IMG/VR virus record: IMGVR_UViG_3300049830_000285
Coordinates: 113,709-177,708 of that record
DNA length: 64,000 nucleotides
Reading direction: 5' to 3' (one strand)
From: a virus
Shown here: positions 29,698-39,621 of the stretch, in pieces
Layout of the letters: each line of letters begins with the position of its first letter
How positions within the stretch are numbered: position 1 is the first letter of the stretch
Made by a program: the position numbers and the translations under genes
The notes under the pieces: model-generated
Database searches by the model: none
What the model was told of the DNA's origin: nothing
Seen by the model: only the letters and a program-made list of their open reading frames with translations

Positions 29698-29772
29698 TGG
29701 TGGGCAGTGTGAGAATCGAACTCACTTCGTTTCCGTGTAAGAGAAACTCTATTACCAAATTGATAACCGCCC
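29698..29772 (-). tRNA. tRNA-Val(TAC)
   Basis: UUUCU-CUUACAC-GGAAA, CCA. Confidence 0.82.
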
Positions 29773-29924
29773 AGATTGACTAGTCGCCCGAGAAAGATTA
29801 AAATATATACGATTGTTCTGTCACGCAGTATTTTTGCATATATTTTAATCAAAATGCCAGATTAGAAAGTATGGTGTTTTACCCTTTTCTTGGGAAATAT
29901 GCCATGTTTTTTAATCTGAGAAAA

Positions 29925-29999
29925 TGGTACCAACGGGGGGAATCGAACCCCGCCCCCGAGAAGGTATGAACTTCTGGCCCTTTGCCCAAGGTCGTTGGC
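29925..29999 (-). tRNA. tRNA-CAT (Met or Ile2), atypical D arm
   Basis: AGAAG-UUCAUAC-CUUCU, normal T arm, CCA. Confidence 0.7.
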
Positions 30000-30057
30000 A
30001 TGTATTGATTTATCATGGGATGGAAGTTTGGGTACTTCCATCCCTCGCAATCAGCTC

Positions 30058-30077
30058 TATTCGGTTTTCAAAGTGCA
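30058..30077 (-). promoter_or_regulatory. boxA-like antitermination element
   Basis: UGCACUUUGAAAACCGAAUA between the attenuator and the first tRNA. Confidence 0.6.
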
Positions 30078-30106
30078 TTGTGAACTTTCGTTCGGTGTAT
30101 AAATCT

Positions 30107-30148
30107 AAAAAAAAAGAAGGATTCGGTCTTTCTGACCGAATCCTTCTT
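30107..30148 (-). terminator. Attenuator terminator of the Met/Val/Ile/Ala tRNA operon
   Basis: 15-bp stem AAGAAGGAUUCGGUC/GACCGAAUCCUUCUU followed by a U tract. Confidence 0.9.
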
Positions 30149-30171
30149 GCATTTCTCTTTGCTTGTGGAAC

Positions 30172-30249
30172 TTAGGTCAGAACGTCCTCTGCGATAATCG
30201 CAGCGGCTACAACAATTGCCATGACCATAATGTTTCTGTTGTATCTCAT
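30172..30249 (-). CDS. Attenuator leader peptide MRYNRNIMVMAIVVAAAIIAEDVLT (not in the ORF track)
   Basis: 14 consecutive Ile/Met/Val/Ala codons; AAGGA upstream; the stop region pairs with the terminator 5' arm. Confidence 0.85.
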   Translation of the reverse strand: MRYNRNIMVMAIVVAAAIIAEDVLT

Positions 30250-30276
30250 TTTCGTTCTTTGTTCCTTTTTAAAATC

Positions 30277-30353
30277 TGGGTGCGAGCTGCTGGAATCTAA
30301 CCAACCTACCGGGGTTTATGAGACCTCGCTCGTCAACAGTAGAGTAAGCCGCA
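30277..30353 (-). tRNA. tRNA-Met(CAT)-like, atypical
   Basis: GAGGU-CUCAUAA-ACCCC, bulged acceptor stem, T-loop UUAGAUU, CCA. Confidence 0.6.
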
Positions 30354-30358
30354 TATTC

Positions 30359-30400
30359 ATTATGCACTGTCAATATGCATTTGTCAACAACATTTGAGGA
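30359..30400 (-). promoter_or_regulatory. Sigma70-like promoter with upstream TCCTCA
   Basis: TCCTCA-7-TTGACA-17-CATAAT. Confidence 0.8.
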
Positions 30401-30421
30401 TTTTTTCAAATCTTTTTGTTT

Positions 30422-30700
30422 TTAGCCTAAAACTGGAATGTCTTCAGCTTCATAACGTGTTGTACTTGACCATCCTTCTGGCGACTGCTCTTTGCACTCA
30501 AAGGCAACACATCTGTTTCGACCAGACTGAGCAGTTTGCTGATATGGGCGATTTTTACCATTACCAGTTGTCATCATCGGCTGAAATTCCCCCAATGACT
30601 TGACATTCTCTATGCCATATTTTTCTTCAAGATAATGTCTGACTTTATATTCAGTTGTAAAATTGCCGATTCTTTGGCTTGCAAAAGTGAGTAACCACAT
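30422..30700 (-). CDS. Hypothetical protein
   Basis: 92-aa ORF. Confidence 0.5.
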   Translation of the reverse strand: MWLLTFASQRIGNFTTEYKVRHYLEEKYGIENVKSLGEFQPMMTTGNGKNRPYQQTAQSGRNRCVAFECKEQSPEGWSSTTRYEAEDIPVLG

Positions 30701-30905
30701 AACTGAATTATAGCATAGATTCAGTTAGGCGTCTTCCAATCATCATTTGAATCATTATAAGGAGACTTGCGTGGCAGATATCCAAGTGCTATTTCTGCCT
30801 GTCTCAAAGTATTCTGTCCGCGTTTCCATCCTCGAAAAGAGTCATCCTCTTCAACAGCTTCGTACAAATTCTTAAGCGCTCGTCTTAATGTATCTTCAGT
30901 TTCGT

Positions 30906-31166
30906 TCATGGCTGATTTCTATTGTACAGAGTTACTTCTTTATCGCAACCACTACAGAAATATTTCTTTTCAAAGAGTGATTTGGAAAGGATGGTGGTGA
31001 TATCGTATCCCTCTCCATTTCGCAGCACGACACAATCTATCAGCACATTGTGGATTTTACCGTCAGCATCGACCTCTTCATGCATAAACTGTGCGTCATC
31101 GCAAATTAGCATATAGGGATAGTCAGTGTGGTCGGTAACAAGTTCAGGATTTTCTGTATTGAACAT
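30906..31166 (-). CDS. Hypothetical protein
   Basis: 86-aa ORF. Confidence 0.5.
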   Translation of the reverse strand: MFNTENPELVTDHTDYPYMLICDDAQFMHEEVDADGKIHNVLIDCVVLRNGEGYDITTILSKSLFEKKYFCSGCDKEVTLYNRNQP

Positions 31167-31178
31167 GTTCTTAGTATA

Positions 31179-31541
31179 TCACAATTCATCATCTTTCATC
31201 TTAGCGTGAAGTTTAGCGTGACAATTGCGACAAATCACAATGCATTTATCCATTTCCGCCTGTAGTACGGCAATGGATACTGGTCTTTTTGCCATATCGG
31301 ATATATTGCCAGATTTGTTTCCAATATGATGAAAGTCTAAACAAACAATATCAGATTCCCCGCAAGCGCACGGATTTACCATTCTGTATTCATCTATATA
31401 CTGTTTGTTTCGGTTGCGATGAAGTTCTTTGTGAATTTTTGCAGTAGCTTTTTGCTTAGCCTGATATTCTGGCTCTGCATAGCGTTTTTTGTGATACGAG
31501 GCTTGATATGCTTTTTTATCTTCCGTTGATTTGGGTGGCAT
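31179..31541 (-). CDS. HNH endonuclease (tRNA-associated), paralog of 29069-29437
   Basis: CACG..CLDFHH..EMDKCIVICRNCHAKLH. Confidence 0.85.
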   Translation of the reverse strand: MPPKSTEDKKAYQASYHKKRYAEPEYQAKQKATAKIHKELHRNRNKQYIDEYRMVNPCACGESDIVCLDFHHIGNKSGNISDMAKRPVSIAVLQAEMDKCIVICRNCHAKLHAKMKDDEL

Positions 31542-31594
31542 ACCATATCATACCATGTATAACAAAGCCCATCCTTTAGATGGGCTTATAAAAA

Positions 31595-31670
31595 TGGTGC
31601 GGAGGCAAGATTCGAACTTGCGACCTTTGAGGTATGAACCCAACAAGCTACCAGACTGCTCTACTCCGCA
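31595..31670 (-). tRNA. tRNA-Met(CAT), initiator-like
   Basis: GAGCAGUCUGGUAGCU D arm, GGG in the anticodon stem, CAU; own TTGATA-17-TATAAT promoter. Confidence 0.85.
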
Positions 31671-31719
31671 ATATCATTATACCAACATAATCACCACTTA
31701 TCAACTATTTTGAGAAAAA

Positions 31720-32586
31720 ATGTATAAAGCTATTGAATTCGTTGATGAAACGAGTCAAAAATTGCCAAGTGATGAGCTTGGCGGAGACATTACGATGAGT
31801 AATACAAATAATTCAGCCATAGATGCTATCTATGAAGGAATGGTGGAATCCATTCACGGAATCGACATTACTACTGTTTACAGAGAAGAGCAAAAAGATT
31901 CTCTCTGGCATAGGATATGTGACTTCAAAACATATCCATTTACAGAATACTTTATGTTAGAGGGAAATACTGGCCCTATTTTCATAAGAGTTTCAGATAA
32001 ATTAATGACGGCTGGCGGATTAGCAGCAACTTACATTCCAAAAATAACTATTGCCACAAATCCAACAATCAGGTTAGAAGAACTGCGCAAAATGCATGAT
32101 TTTGAAAATCTAATACGTTTTGCCTGTCATCGTCTACATACTCAAATTGATATGGAGTTGATTAAGATTCTTCTTGAGACACACAAAGATAGTCACGAAC
32201 TTGAAGAATATACGACCATGATAATGAGCGCGGAAACATGTGAGCAGTTGATTGGTGAGCCTATTGATTGCTCGTTTCATACTCACAAAGGTTATTCATA
32301 TAAAATTCCATTAAGAGGAATGGTGCCGACATGGGTGGTGGAAGACACTGAATTCACCAAACTAAGTCTTGACAAATCTGTGGTTATAGACTTTCAACAT
32401 GATGGGAAGAAAATAATCATCAGCAATGAAATGCCACCAGACACTATCATTAAGTTAAATGACAATCCAGTTGGTATTGTTTGTTCCCGCGAGATTGTCT
32501 ATGCCATGCCCTGTCCTGAGCCAAAAAGATTAAGACTTGGAGCAGTGATTTCTGATGAAATAGGAGTAGGCGTTTACGGCTCTTGA
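31720..32586 (+). CDS. Divergent capsid-like paralog
   Basis: PTIRLEELRK and PEPKRLRLGAVISDEIGVGV match the other capsid-like ORFs in this window. Confidence 0.5.
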   Translation: MYKAIEFVDETSQKLPSDELGGDITMSNTNNSAIDAIYEGMVESIHGIDITTVYREEQKDSLWHRICDFKTYPFTEYFMLEGNTGPIFIRVSDKLMTAGGLAATYIPKITIATNPTIRLEELRKMHDFENLIRFACHRLHTQIDMELIKILLETHKDSHELEEYTTMIMSAETCEQLIGEPIDCSFHTHKGYSYKIPLRGMVPTWVVEDTEFTKLSLDKSVVIDFQHDGKKIIISNEMPPDTIIKLNDNPVGIVCSREIVYAMPCPEPKRLRLGAVISDEIGVGVYGS

Positions 32587-33161
32587 TGCTCGATGCCATA
32601 AAAAGCGTCTAGCTCTTCTGTCGGAATCTGGTCATTCCATAAACCAGAATAAGACATGATTGGGTAAAGGCGCTTTACAAATTCATCCATTTGTTCTTTG
32701 CTTAGCTTAAGGTCATCCATTTTTTGATTAGCAAAATCAAAGATGACTGTCATAAGAAGCATATTTTTGATTGGTTCTGGTAGTTCTACATGAATAGTAA
32801 TTTGCTTTTTACTCTCATTCTTTTCGAACAATGTGCCGGGAATTAATGGTTTTTGAACAACTCTCCACCAATTGTTATCGCCAACTTGAATGGCAGTCAC
32901 GAGTTTTGATTTGTCATATCTGAGTAGTGGCTTGACAGAGTTGTCATATTCCCACTTGCCCTCTTTGTAATTTTTGGCAGCTTCTACTCGCGCCTCTTCT
33001 TCGCTGCTTGCCCATCCAAAATATGTTTTACCATTAACAACAAGCTCTGCTGTCCAAGTGTTGACGCCATCGCTGCTAATTCCGCTGCGCCATAAGCGGA
33101 ATGTTCCATATTTTCCTAAAATTACATCATTTAGATGCTTCGCCTGTTTTATCGTGTTCAT
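32574..33161 (-). CDS. Hypothetical protein
   Basis: 195-aa ORF. Confidence 0.55.
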   Translation of the reverse strand: MNTIKQAKHLNDVILGKYGTFRLWRSGISSDGVNTWTAELVVNGKTYFGWASSEEEARVEAAKNYKEGKWEYDNSVKPLLRYDKSKLVTAIQVGDNNWWRVVQKPLIPGTLFEKNESKKQITIHVELPEPIKNMLLMTVIFDFANQKMDDLKLSKEQMDEFVKRLYPIMSYSGLWNDQIPTEELDAFYGIEHQEP

Positions 33162-33534
33162 GATTGAATCGCCGCAGGAACTGTTTTGCTCGATTGGTGA
33201 CGTTGGAAACCGTTTTTTCTAAGATTTGCCCAACTGTTTGCGCTGGTGTAAACCGCATGCATTCTCCGCCGCGAGCTTTGATGATTGTAACAATCCATCC
33301 CTGACTTTGATATCTTTTTACAAGAATATCACGAATTTCTTGTGAAATATTGTCACTTAGCTTGACTAAAACGGGTTCACCTTTTCGAATTGACTTCGCG
33401 CTGGATAGCATTTCAGCATCAATGATGTTTTCCAGATTTACAACTTGCAGCGTGCGATTCATGTTTGTCATCGCCTCAGGCGTAGTTGTGTCTGGTGTAC
33501 TTTGTTCGATTACTTCTTCTGGACTATATGCCAT
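33127..33534 (-). CDS. Hypothetical protein
   Basis: Start reassigned to MAYSPEE, 6 nt after TATAAT. Confidence 0.55.
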   Translation of the reverse strand: MAYSPEEVIEQSTPDTTTPEAMTNMNRTLQVVNLENIIDAEMLSSAKSIRKGEPVLVKLSDNISQEIRDILVKRYQSQGWIVTIIKARGGECMRFTPAQTVGQILEKTVSNVTNRAKQFLRRFNHEHDKTGEASK

Positions 33535-33615
33535 ACTGTGATTATAGCATAAAATGATGGTTTTGAGGATATTTGAGATTTTCCTCAAAATAGGTTCAAA
33601 GCAAGCTATGAAATC

Positions 33616-35469
33616 ATGAAAGTTTGCATGGCACAATTAGAGGTAAGAACAGGCGACCTCGACGGAAACACTCATCAAATCATCGAAACCCTTTTCGACA
33701 ACCAAGATAAGGCAGATGTTATTCTCTTTCCAGAATTTATGGTTTGCGGATACAACTGCGGTAGCTTGTTTGAATCAGAAGAATTCATTGACGATTGTCT
33801 GAATAAGATTGATACAATCAAGCACTTGGTTGGTGACAACCTTGTTATGGTGGGGTGTCCCACTTACGCAGAGCCGAAGTATGAGCCAAATGGTAATCTT
33901 CGACTTCACAACTCTGTGTTCGTTATGCACCAGGGCAAGATTATTCACGTTCACCACAAGAATTTGCTCGCAAATGATTTCCAACACGAAGACCGAAAGT
34001 ATTTCATTCCTGGCGAGACTGTTGAGCCATTCCAATATAGGGGCAAGTGGTATGGCGTTCTTACTTGCGAGGATTGTTGGAGAGGCGACCACACACGAGA
34101 TTTGGTGGGTGAGCTTAAGGAACAACAGCCGAGCATTGAATCCATATTCTGCTTGAACTATTCTTACTTCACTTACTCCAAGGCTGACTTCCGAGCCAAC
34201 TTGCTTTCAGGTTTGTCAAAGGAACACGAAGTTTTCATTTTCTACGTCAACGCAGTTGGTATTGGAGATATCGTAAAGAATTACATTTCTTACGACGGTC
34301 GTTCTTTGGTATATACGCCAAAGGGAGAGCTGCTTTGCGAAATGGCATCGTTTGCCAAGGATGTTCACATCGTTGATACTGATTATATGGACGGTAAGGT
34401 GATGAAGACTCAACATTCCCCAAAGAATATGATTAACTTTGCACCCTCAAGAAAGGGTAAGGGAAGTTCAAAGATTACGCCAGCGCCACTTTGTGCTGTA
34501 GAATATTCAACAAGCCTTCGCGACCATAAGTGGACTAAGTATTCTCGAATTTGGAGTTCCATGCTTTATGTTCAAAAGGAACTATTTGCGCAATGTGGAA
34601 TCAAGAAGGCTCAAGTACACGTTTCTGGTGGAGTTGATAGTGCGGTTAATGCTGTTCTTTGCGCCAAGGCGATGGGAGAAGAAAATTGTGTATTCGTCAC
34701 AAACCCAAGTCAGCACAACGGAGATTTCACAAAGAGTAACGCGCAGTCTATTTGTGATAAGTTGGGTGTACCGCTTTATTGGGTGCCAATCCAGACAATC
34801 GTTGATGCATCACTTGAGGCTTGCGATAAGGGTATTGGTCAAAAGCTTTCCGCCGTTCCATTTGTTGTTGGTACATCCGAAGCCACTGTGAGAAGCACCG
34901 TAGGCTTGACAATGGCAAACTTCTTCAATAGTGGTATCGTTTCTACTGGAAATCACACAGAAAACGTACTTGGTTGGTTTTCGTTCCACGACGTTGGCAG
35001 CATTGGCGTCTATCAGCCAATCGGTGACTTAACTAAGCTTGAACTCTTTGACCTCTGTGGATTCGTTAACAATCTTTACGGCGAGGAGCTTATCCCGAGA
35101 GAGCTATGGGACGAAGAAGTGCGAACACAACCTGCCGCAGAACTTGCTGACTCCACCGACGACCCATTCGATTATCAAATCTATTCTGGAATCTGCGCTG
35201 AAATGATTCGAGCGAGAAAGCTTCCAAGAGACTTGATTCGAGACTTTGACATGAGAAATCTGAATGAAGACGCTTTTCCTCCAACGAAGCACTATGATTA
35301 CTACGCCGACAGAGAGAAGTTCGAGAATGCTGTAAACGACGCTTACAAGCGAAGCAAGAGAAGTGTTTATAAGTGTGCTCAATCTGCGCCAGTGCTAATC
35401 ATGTCGCCACGGTCAAGAGGATTCAGTTCGCGAGAAACGATTCTTAACTTCTACGACGCGACTGTTTAG
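33616..35469 (+). CDS. nadE: Glutamine-dependent NAD+ synthetase (nitrilase + synthetase domains)
   Basis: LFPE, K..L, TCED nitrilase triad; VSGGVDSAV, TGNHTE, PIGDLTK, PAAEL. Confidence 0.92.
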   Translation: MKVCMAQLEVRTGDLDGNTHQIIETLFDNQDKADVILFPEFMVCGYNCGSLFESEEFIDDCLNKIDTIKHLVGDNLVMVGCPTYAEPKYEPNGNLRLHNSVFVMHQGKIIHVHHKNLLANDFQHEDRKYFIPGETVEPFQYRGKWYGVLTCEDCWRGDHTRDLVGELKEQQPSIESIFCLNYSYFTYSKADFRANLLSGLSKEHEVFIFYVNAVGIGDIVKNYISYDGRSLVYTPKGELLCEMASFAKDVHIVDTDYMDGKVMKTQHSPKNMINFAPSRKGKGSSKITPAPLCAVEYSTSLRDHKWTKYSRIWSSMLYVQKELFAQCGIKKAQVHVSGGVDSAVNAVLCAKAMGEENCVFVTNPSQHNGDFTKSNAQSICDKLGVPLYWVPIQTIVDASLEACDKGIGQKLSAVPFVVGTSEATVRSTVGLTMANFFNSGIVSTGNHTENVLGWFSFHDVGSIGVYQPIGDLTKLELFDLCGFVNNLYGEELIPRELWDEEVRTQPAAELADSTDDPFDYQIYSGICAEMIRARKLPRDLIRDFDMRNLNEDAFPPTKHYDYYADREKFENAVNDAYKRSKRSVYKCAQSAPVLIMSPRSRGFSSRETILNFYDATV

Positions 35470-35486
35470 GTCAGTTAACTAATCGG

Positions 35487-35523
35487 ATTGAGGGCTATCT
35501 TTTGATTGAAGATAGCCCTCAAT
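35487..35523. terminator. Strong hairpin/terminator after nadE
   Basis: 15-bp stem attgagggctatctt/aagatagccctcaat. Confidence 0.65.
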
Positions 35524-35683
35524 CAATTTAGCCGCTAGATGCACATTAAATGCTGCTTGTCCGTGAGATGTTCTTACGCAATCTTTCTGAATTTGTTTAG
35601 CAAGCTCTATCGCTTGATTATCAATTGGTGTGTCTTTTTGCTTCTTCCATGATTGCATCTAAAGATTATAGCACAATCTGAAG

Positions 35684-36040
35684 CTAGAAATACGGAAGGT
35701 CATCTGGAAAATCCTCGGCAATCTTACCAGTTTCTTCGATTTCGTAAGCCATTTCTTCGGCAAGCTCTGCGATTTGTTGAACTATACACGCTCTGTCGAA
35801 AAGCGCCTTGTCGCTAATGAGCCCTAGTGTGTTCACAAGCTCTTGTCTGGCACAACCGCGTGCCTTGCTGTCTTGTATTGCATTGAGTGCTTCAGCGAGT
35901 GCTGGAATGTCTTCTGGCTCCAGATATGCCACCATCTTGCCATCAACGACGAGATGATGCATACGCACCCTTCCACCGTAAGTGCAAATGATTTGCATAC
36001 GTCCGAAGTCATGTAAGATTTCTACCTTGTAATCGTCCAT
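35684..36040 (-). CDS. Hypothetical protein (tandem paralog)
   Basis: DGKMV..EDIPALAEAL..DSKARG shared with the next ORF. Confidence 0.6.
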   Translation of the reverse strand: MDDYKVEILHDFGRMQIICTYGGRVRMHHLVVDGKMVAYLEPEDIPALAEALNAIQDSKARGCARQELVNTLGLISDKALFDRACIVQQIAELAEEMAYEIEETGKIAEDFPDDLPYF

Positions 36041-36339
36041 TAGAAGAATGGAAGCTCGTCAGTGACAGGCTCGGCAATCAATGGAATAGGCGAAGGCTCT
36101 GGTTTGCGACCGTCTCTAAACCCTTGTGCGCGAGAATCAGACACAATACGCTCCAATGATTGAACAAGCTGTGGAATGTCTTCAAATGGTATTTCTGATA
36201 CCATTTTTCCATTAATTTCAATATGATATTGATTGACTGGCACTTTCCATTTATGCGGTGTGTTAGTCTTATCTGCTAATGCTACAGTCTGAACGATTTG
36301 CAGCCATTTGTAATCATATAGGATTTTAGGTTTAGACAT
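36040..36339 (-). CDS. Hypothetical protein (tandem paralog)
   Basis: NGKMV..EDIPQLVQSL..DSRAQG; both end in LP(Y/F)F. Confidence 0.6.
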   Translation of the reverse strand: MSKPKILYDYKWLQIVQTVALADKTNTPHKWKVPVNQYHIEINGKMVSEIPFEDIPQLVQSLERIVSDSRAQGFRDGRKPEPSPIPLIAEPVTDELPFF

Positions 36340-36633
36340 TATTGACGCTTCTCTTATGATATGTGAGAAAGCACATTCATTGAGGAATTATATCACATTT
36401 GACACTGCGTTTAGTCTTTCTGGGGTTTCTGCATGTTGTTTCCAGCAGCTTCAAAGCAGCCCTCTGGAGCATTCTTGATAAAATGCTTAGCTTTCAATGC
36501 AGAGTAGAATTTTTTAATGTTACCAATCTCATGCTGAACACCACCATGGTTGCATTTCTTAATGCACTTTACATAAAAAACTTTACGACTAATACCCACG
36601 TTAAATTGTACGCGGATATTAGTCGTAAATCCT

Positions 36634-37338
36634 TTAGTGTTTGACGGGATATTCGTTGGCGTACTTCACCAATCCAACTTCACTTGTCGTCACCCGGCAA
36701 TATTTAGGAGTCTTGCCTTTGAAATCATAGACGCCAGTGCGCACATATACTAAGCCAGCATCGGTGCCAGAGATATCCACTACACCAGGAAACATGAATT
36801 CATAGTTATCATCAAACACTTCAAATAAGATGCGAGACAATCTTGGTCTAGTTTTATCACTACGTCTAAGCGTATATTCGAAAAGCACACCTGATTGGTC
36901 AAGAACGGCTTTTGTTTGTCCTGTTGGAGTAACCAAATCCATTCTGAAATTTATGCCTCTAACTTCCCATCCACCATCAATGCTCTTCCAGTTAATGAAA
37001 TCATCAATTGGAGTGAGATTCAGAGCCTTAATTTTAGCTTCTTCTTTGTTTTTCTGTTCTGCGATTAATTGTTCTTTTTGTGCAACGGCTCGTTGATACT
37101 CGGCGCTTTTCTTAGCATCGTTCATTATTGCGTTATCACGAATAGCTTGGGCGCGAATTGCCGCCTGAGCCTCGCCACGCGCTTGAGCTTGTGCCAAGAT
37201 ATATTCTTTTGAATTTTCTTTAATAGCTGGTGGAGCGAAATATCGCCCAACATCAAAGACTATCATGACTGCGGCAAATATAAGTGTAGAATAGACAAAT
37301 GGTAGACGTGATTTCTGTTTCTTTTCGTAAATAGACAT
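36634..37338 (-). CDS. Membrane-anchored coiled-coil protein
   Basis: N-terminal TM segment followed by Ala/Gln-rich helix. Confidence 0.6.
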   Translation of the reverse strand: MSIYEKKQKSRLPFVYSTLIFAAVMIVFDVGRYFAPPAIKENSKEYILAQAQARGEAQAAIRAQAIRDNAIMNDAKKSAEYQRAVAQKEQLIAEQKNKEEAKIKALNLTPIDDFINWKSIDGGWEVRGINFRMDLVTPTGQTKAVLDQSGVLFEYTLRRSDKTRPRLSRILFEVFDDNYEFMFPGVVDISGTDAGLVYVRTGVYDFKGKTPKYCRVTTSEVGLVKYANEYPVKH

Positions 37339-37339
37339 A

Positions 37340-38710
37340 TTATTCTTGCACTGGCTTTACATAGGGGAACCAGCTCACCTGTCGAATGTGACTTGCGTCA
37401 GAGAGTGCCATAGCTAATCGGTCAATGCCAATGCCGACGCCAAAAGCTGGCGGCATTCCACAAGCTAAGGCGTATACAAAGTCGTGGTCGATTTGATTAC
37501 CAAGAGCATCAAATTGTGATTGAAATGCCGCGAGTTGAACTTGCGGGTCGTTTTGCTCACAGAATCCATTTGCAATTTCCATACCACTGATATATGCTTC
37601 AAATCTCTCTGCATACTTTCCATCTTGACTTCTAGCTAATGGCGAAATACAAGATGGGTGATGTGTGATAATTGTCGGAGACAAAAGCTTGGGCTCAACA
37701 AAAGACTTCATGCATTCTTCTAGCATTTCTAATGTTTCTGGCTTCGAGAAATCCCACTCATCAATATCATGACCAGCGTGTTCATAGATGGCTTCACGCA
37801 TTGTCATTGTTGTCCAATCGCTTTCATTAATCTTAACTTCAAAATGTTGTGAGGCCGCTTGTACGATTACCTTGAATCGCTCAATTCCTTGTGTGAAGTT
37901 ATCATACGCAGTGTAATACTCCAGAAGAGTAAACTCTGGATTGTGATGTGCGCTGATACCTTCGTTTCGGTATACAGTGCCAATTTCATACACGCGCTCA
38001 AAACCGCCACATAAAAGCTTCTTAAGCTGAATTTCCAATGAAATGCGCAGCTTTACGTCCGCTTCATATGCGTTGTAATGTGTATCGAATGTCTTTGCCT
38101 CTGCTCCGCCCGGAATTTGAAGTAACGTTGGAGTTTGAACTTCGATGAACGATGCAGTGTTGAGAGTTTCGCGAATATTTGTAATCATTCGCGAGCGTTC
38201 AACAAGTCGTTGTCGCAAATCATCATCAATGAGCATCGCCAAGTGTCTATGACGCATTAGAATTTCTGCATCACGCACTTGATTGAATGCTTCACCATCC
38301 TTTTCTTGACCATAAGGAACTGTCACCAGAGCCTTGCTCAAAATATGGAAATTCGATACAAAGATTGACTTTTCTCCAGCAACCGTTGCCTTGTAAACAC
38401 CCTCGAAGTGAACTAAGTCACCTGAGTGAATGTGCTTAACAATCTGCTTCCAGCCCTCGGCGGTAAAGCCTTGTTGAAAAACAACCTGGATGCGTGATAG
38501 CTGTGTTGCATTTGGAGTTTCTGAATACAAAATTGTGGCAAATGTCATACTCCCCATACGTCGAATAGTTAAAATTCGGCCGACGAGTGAAACACTAGTT
38601 CCCTCTTGATAACCACCACGTGGTATCCAGATGTATGGAGTATCCTGTAAATATGGGCGCTGTCCTAACTGGCGCAATTGTTCTAAACTGTCTATTCTAT
38701 CTGTTTGCAT
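37340..38710 (-). CDS. lysS: Lysyl-tRNA synthetase, class II
   Basis: OB-fold GRILTIRRMG, FIEVQTP, YEIGTVYRNEGISAHHNPEFT, ERFE..EIANG, GIGIDRL. Confidence 0.92.
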   Translation of the reverse strand: MQTDRIDSLEQLRQLGQRPYLQDTPYIWIPRGGYQEGTSVSLVGRILTIRRMGSMTFATILYSETPNATQLSRIQVVFQQGFTAEGWKQIVKHIHSGDLVHFEGVYKATVAGEKSIFVSNFHILSKALVTVPYGQEKDGEAFNQVRDAEILMRHRHLAMLIDDDLRQRLVERSRMITNIRETLNTASFIEVQTPTLLQIPGGAEAKTFDTHYNAYEADVKLRISLEIQLKKLLCGGFERVYEIGTVYRNEGISAHHNPEFTLLEYYTAYDNFTQGIERFKVIVQAASQHFEVKINESDWTTMTMREAIYEHAGHDIDEWDFSKPETLEMLEECMKSFVEPKLLSPTIITHHPSCISPLARSQDGKYAERFEAYISGMEIANGFCEQNDPQVQLAAFQSQFDALGNQIDHDFVYALACGMPPAFGVGIGIDRLAMALSDASHIRQVSWFPYVKPVQE

Positions 38711-38713
38711 TAT

Positions 38714-39034
38714 TTATCTAAACCTATAAGTGTCAAGTGATGATTGCACTTCTTTTTTCCAATCACCATCTACGTCAAGCTTGCCAATATAAGCAAGTGC
38801 TTTTGCGAGAGCTTTCGCACGTTTATCGCGTTTCTCAGTCTCTGTAGGTGCCTTTGAACACTCTTGCTCGACTCTTATTTGCATAAAATTGGGAATGAAT
38901 GCAACCTTTCTGCCGCACTTAAACTCGCGAATTTCAAATCCGTGTCCATTACAATGTCTGTGACGGATTGATTCTGCGATAATGTCAGCTCCACAATGTG
39001 CGCATTGCGTTTCGGTAATTTCTACTAGTTGCAT
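38714..39034 (-). CDS. Hypothetical Cys-rich protein
   Basis: Leaderless start 6 nt after TATAAT. Confidence 0.55.
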   Translation of the reverse strand: MQLVEITETQCAHCGADIIAESIRHRHCNGHGFEIREFKCGRKVAFIPNFMQIRVEQECSKAPTETEKRDKRAKALAKALAYIGKLDVDGDWKKEVQSSLDTYRFR

Positions 39035-39054
39035 TGCTCAATTATAGCAGATTG

Positions 39055-39378
39055 TTACCCTTTTGAGGAAAAAGATTCATGTAATGAGCCGCCAATATCA
39101 CAATATTCAGAAGCATCGAATGGTCGGTGCCAATTTTCGCCTTGACTTTGATTGTATTCCATATCTTCTGGATGCGGATATGGAATGAGTGCAATTCTGG
39201 GAATATCTATGCATCCACCGTCTAGCGACACAAGAATCGAAAAAGCTAAACCATCCAGAGCTTCTTCTTTACTATCTGTTTCAACTCTAGCCCAATATTT
39301 AACCAAGTGCTTGATGTGATTAAGAAAAATTTCTCTTGTTTCTTCTGCTGTTTGTTCTCTAGGCTCTGACATTTTCAA
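39055..39378 (-). CDS. Conserved phage hypothetical protein
   Basis: LDGLAFSILVSLDG..GSLHE motif. Confidence 0.55.
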   Translation of the reverse strand: MKMSEPREQTAEETREIFLNHIKHLVKYWARVETDSKEEALDGLAFSILVSLDGGCIDIPRIALIPYPHPEDMEYNQSQGENWHRPFDASEYCDIGGSLHESFSSKG

Positions 39379-39621
39379 TTTCCTTTTTTGTTTGTATCAA
39401 TAAGTCATATAGATTGTCGATGGGTGTATTTGATACTACTTCAAGGCTTTGCGTAAAGCAGCCATCTTTGTCAGTACCGCACCTTCGAATAGGTGTGCCT
39501 TCATGATTAAACAAAACGGCCTGGCCGACATCTTCGCAGTGCAACCAATATCCATGTGGACACGGGATTTCATAACATTTCTTAAAGCGAGATTTCAACT
39601 CGTTCATCATATTACTCATTG

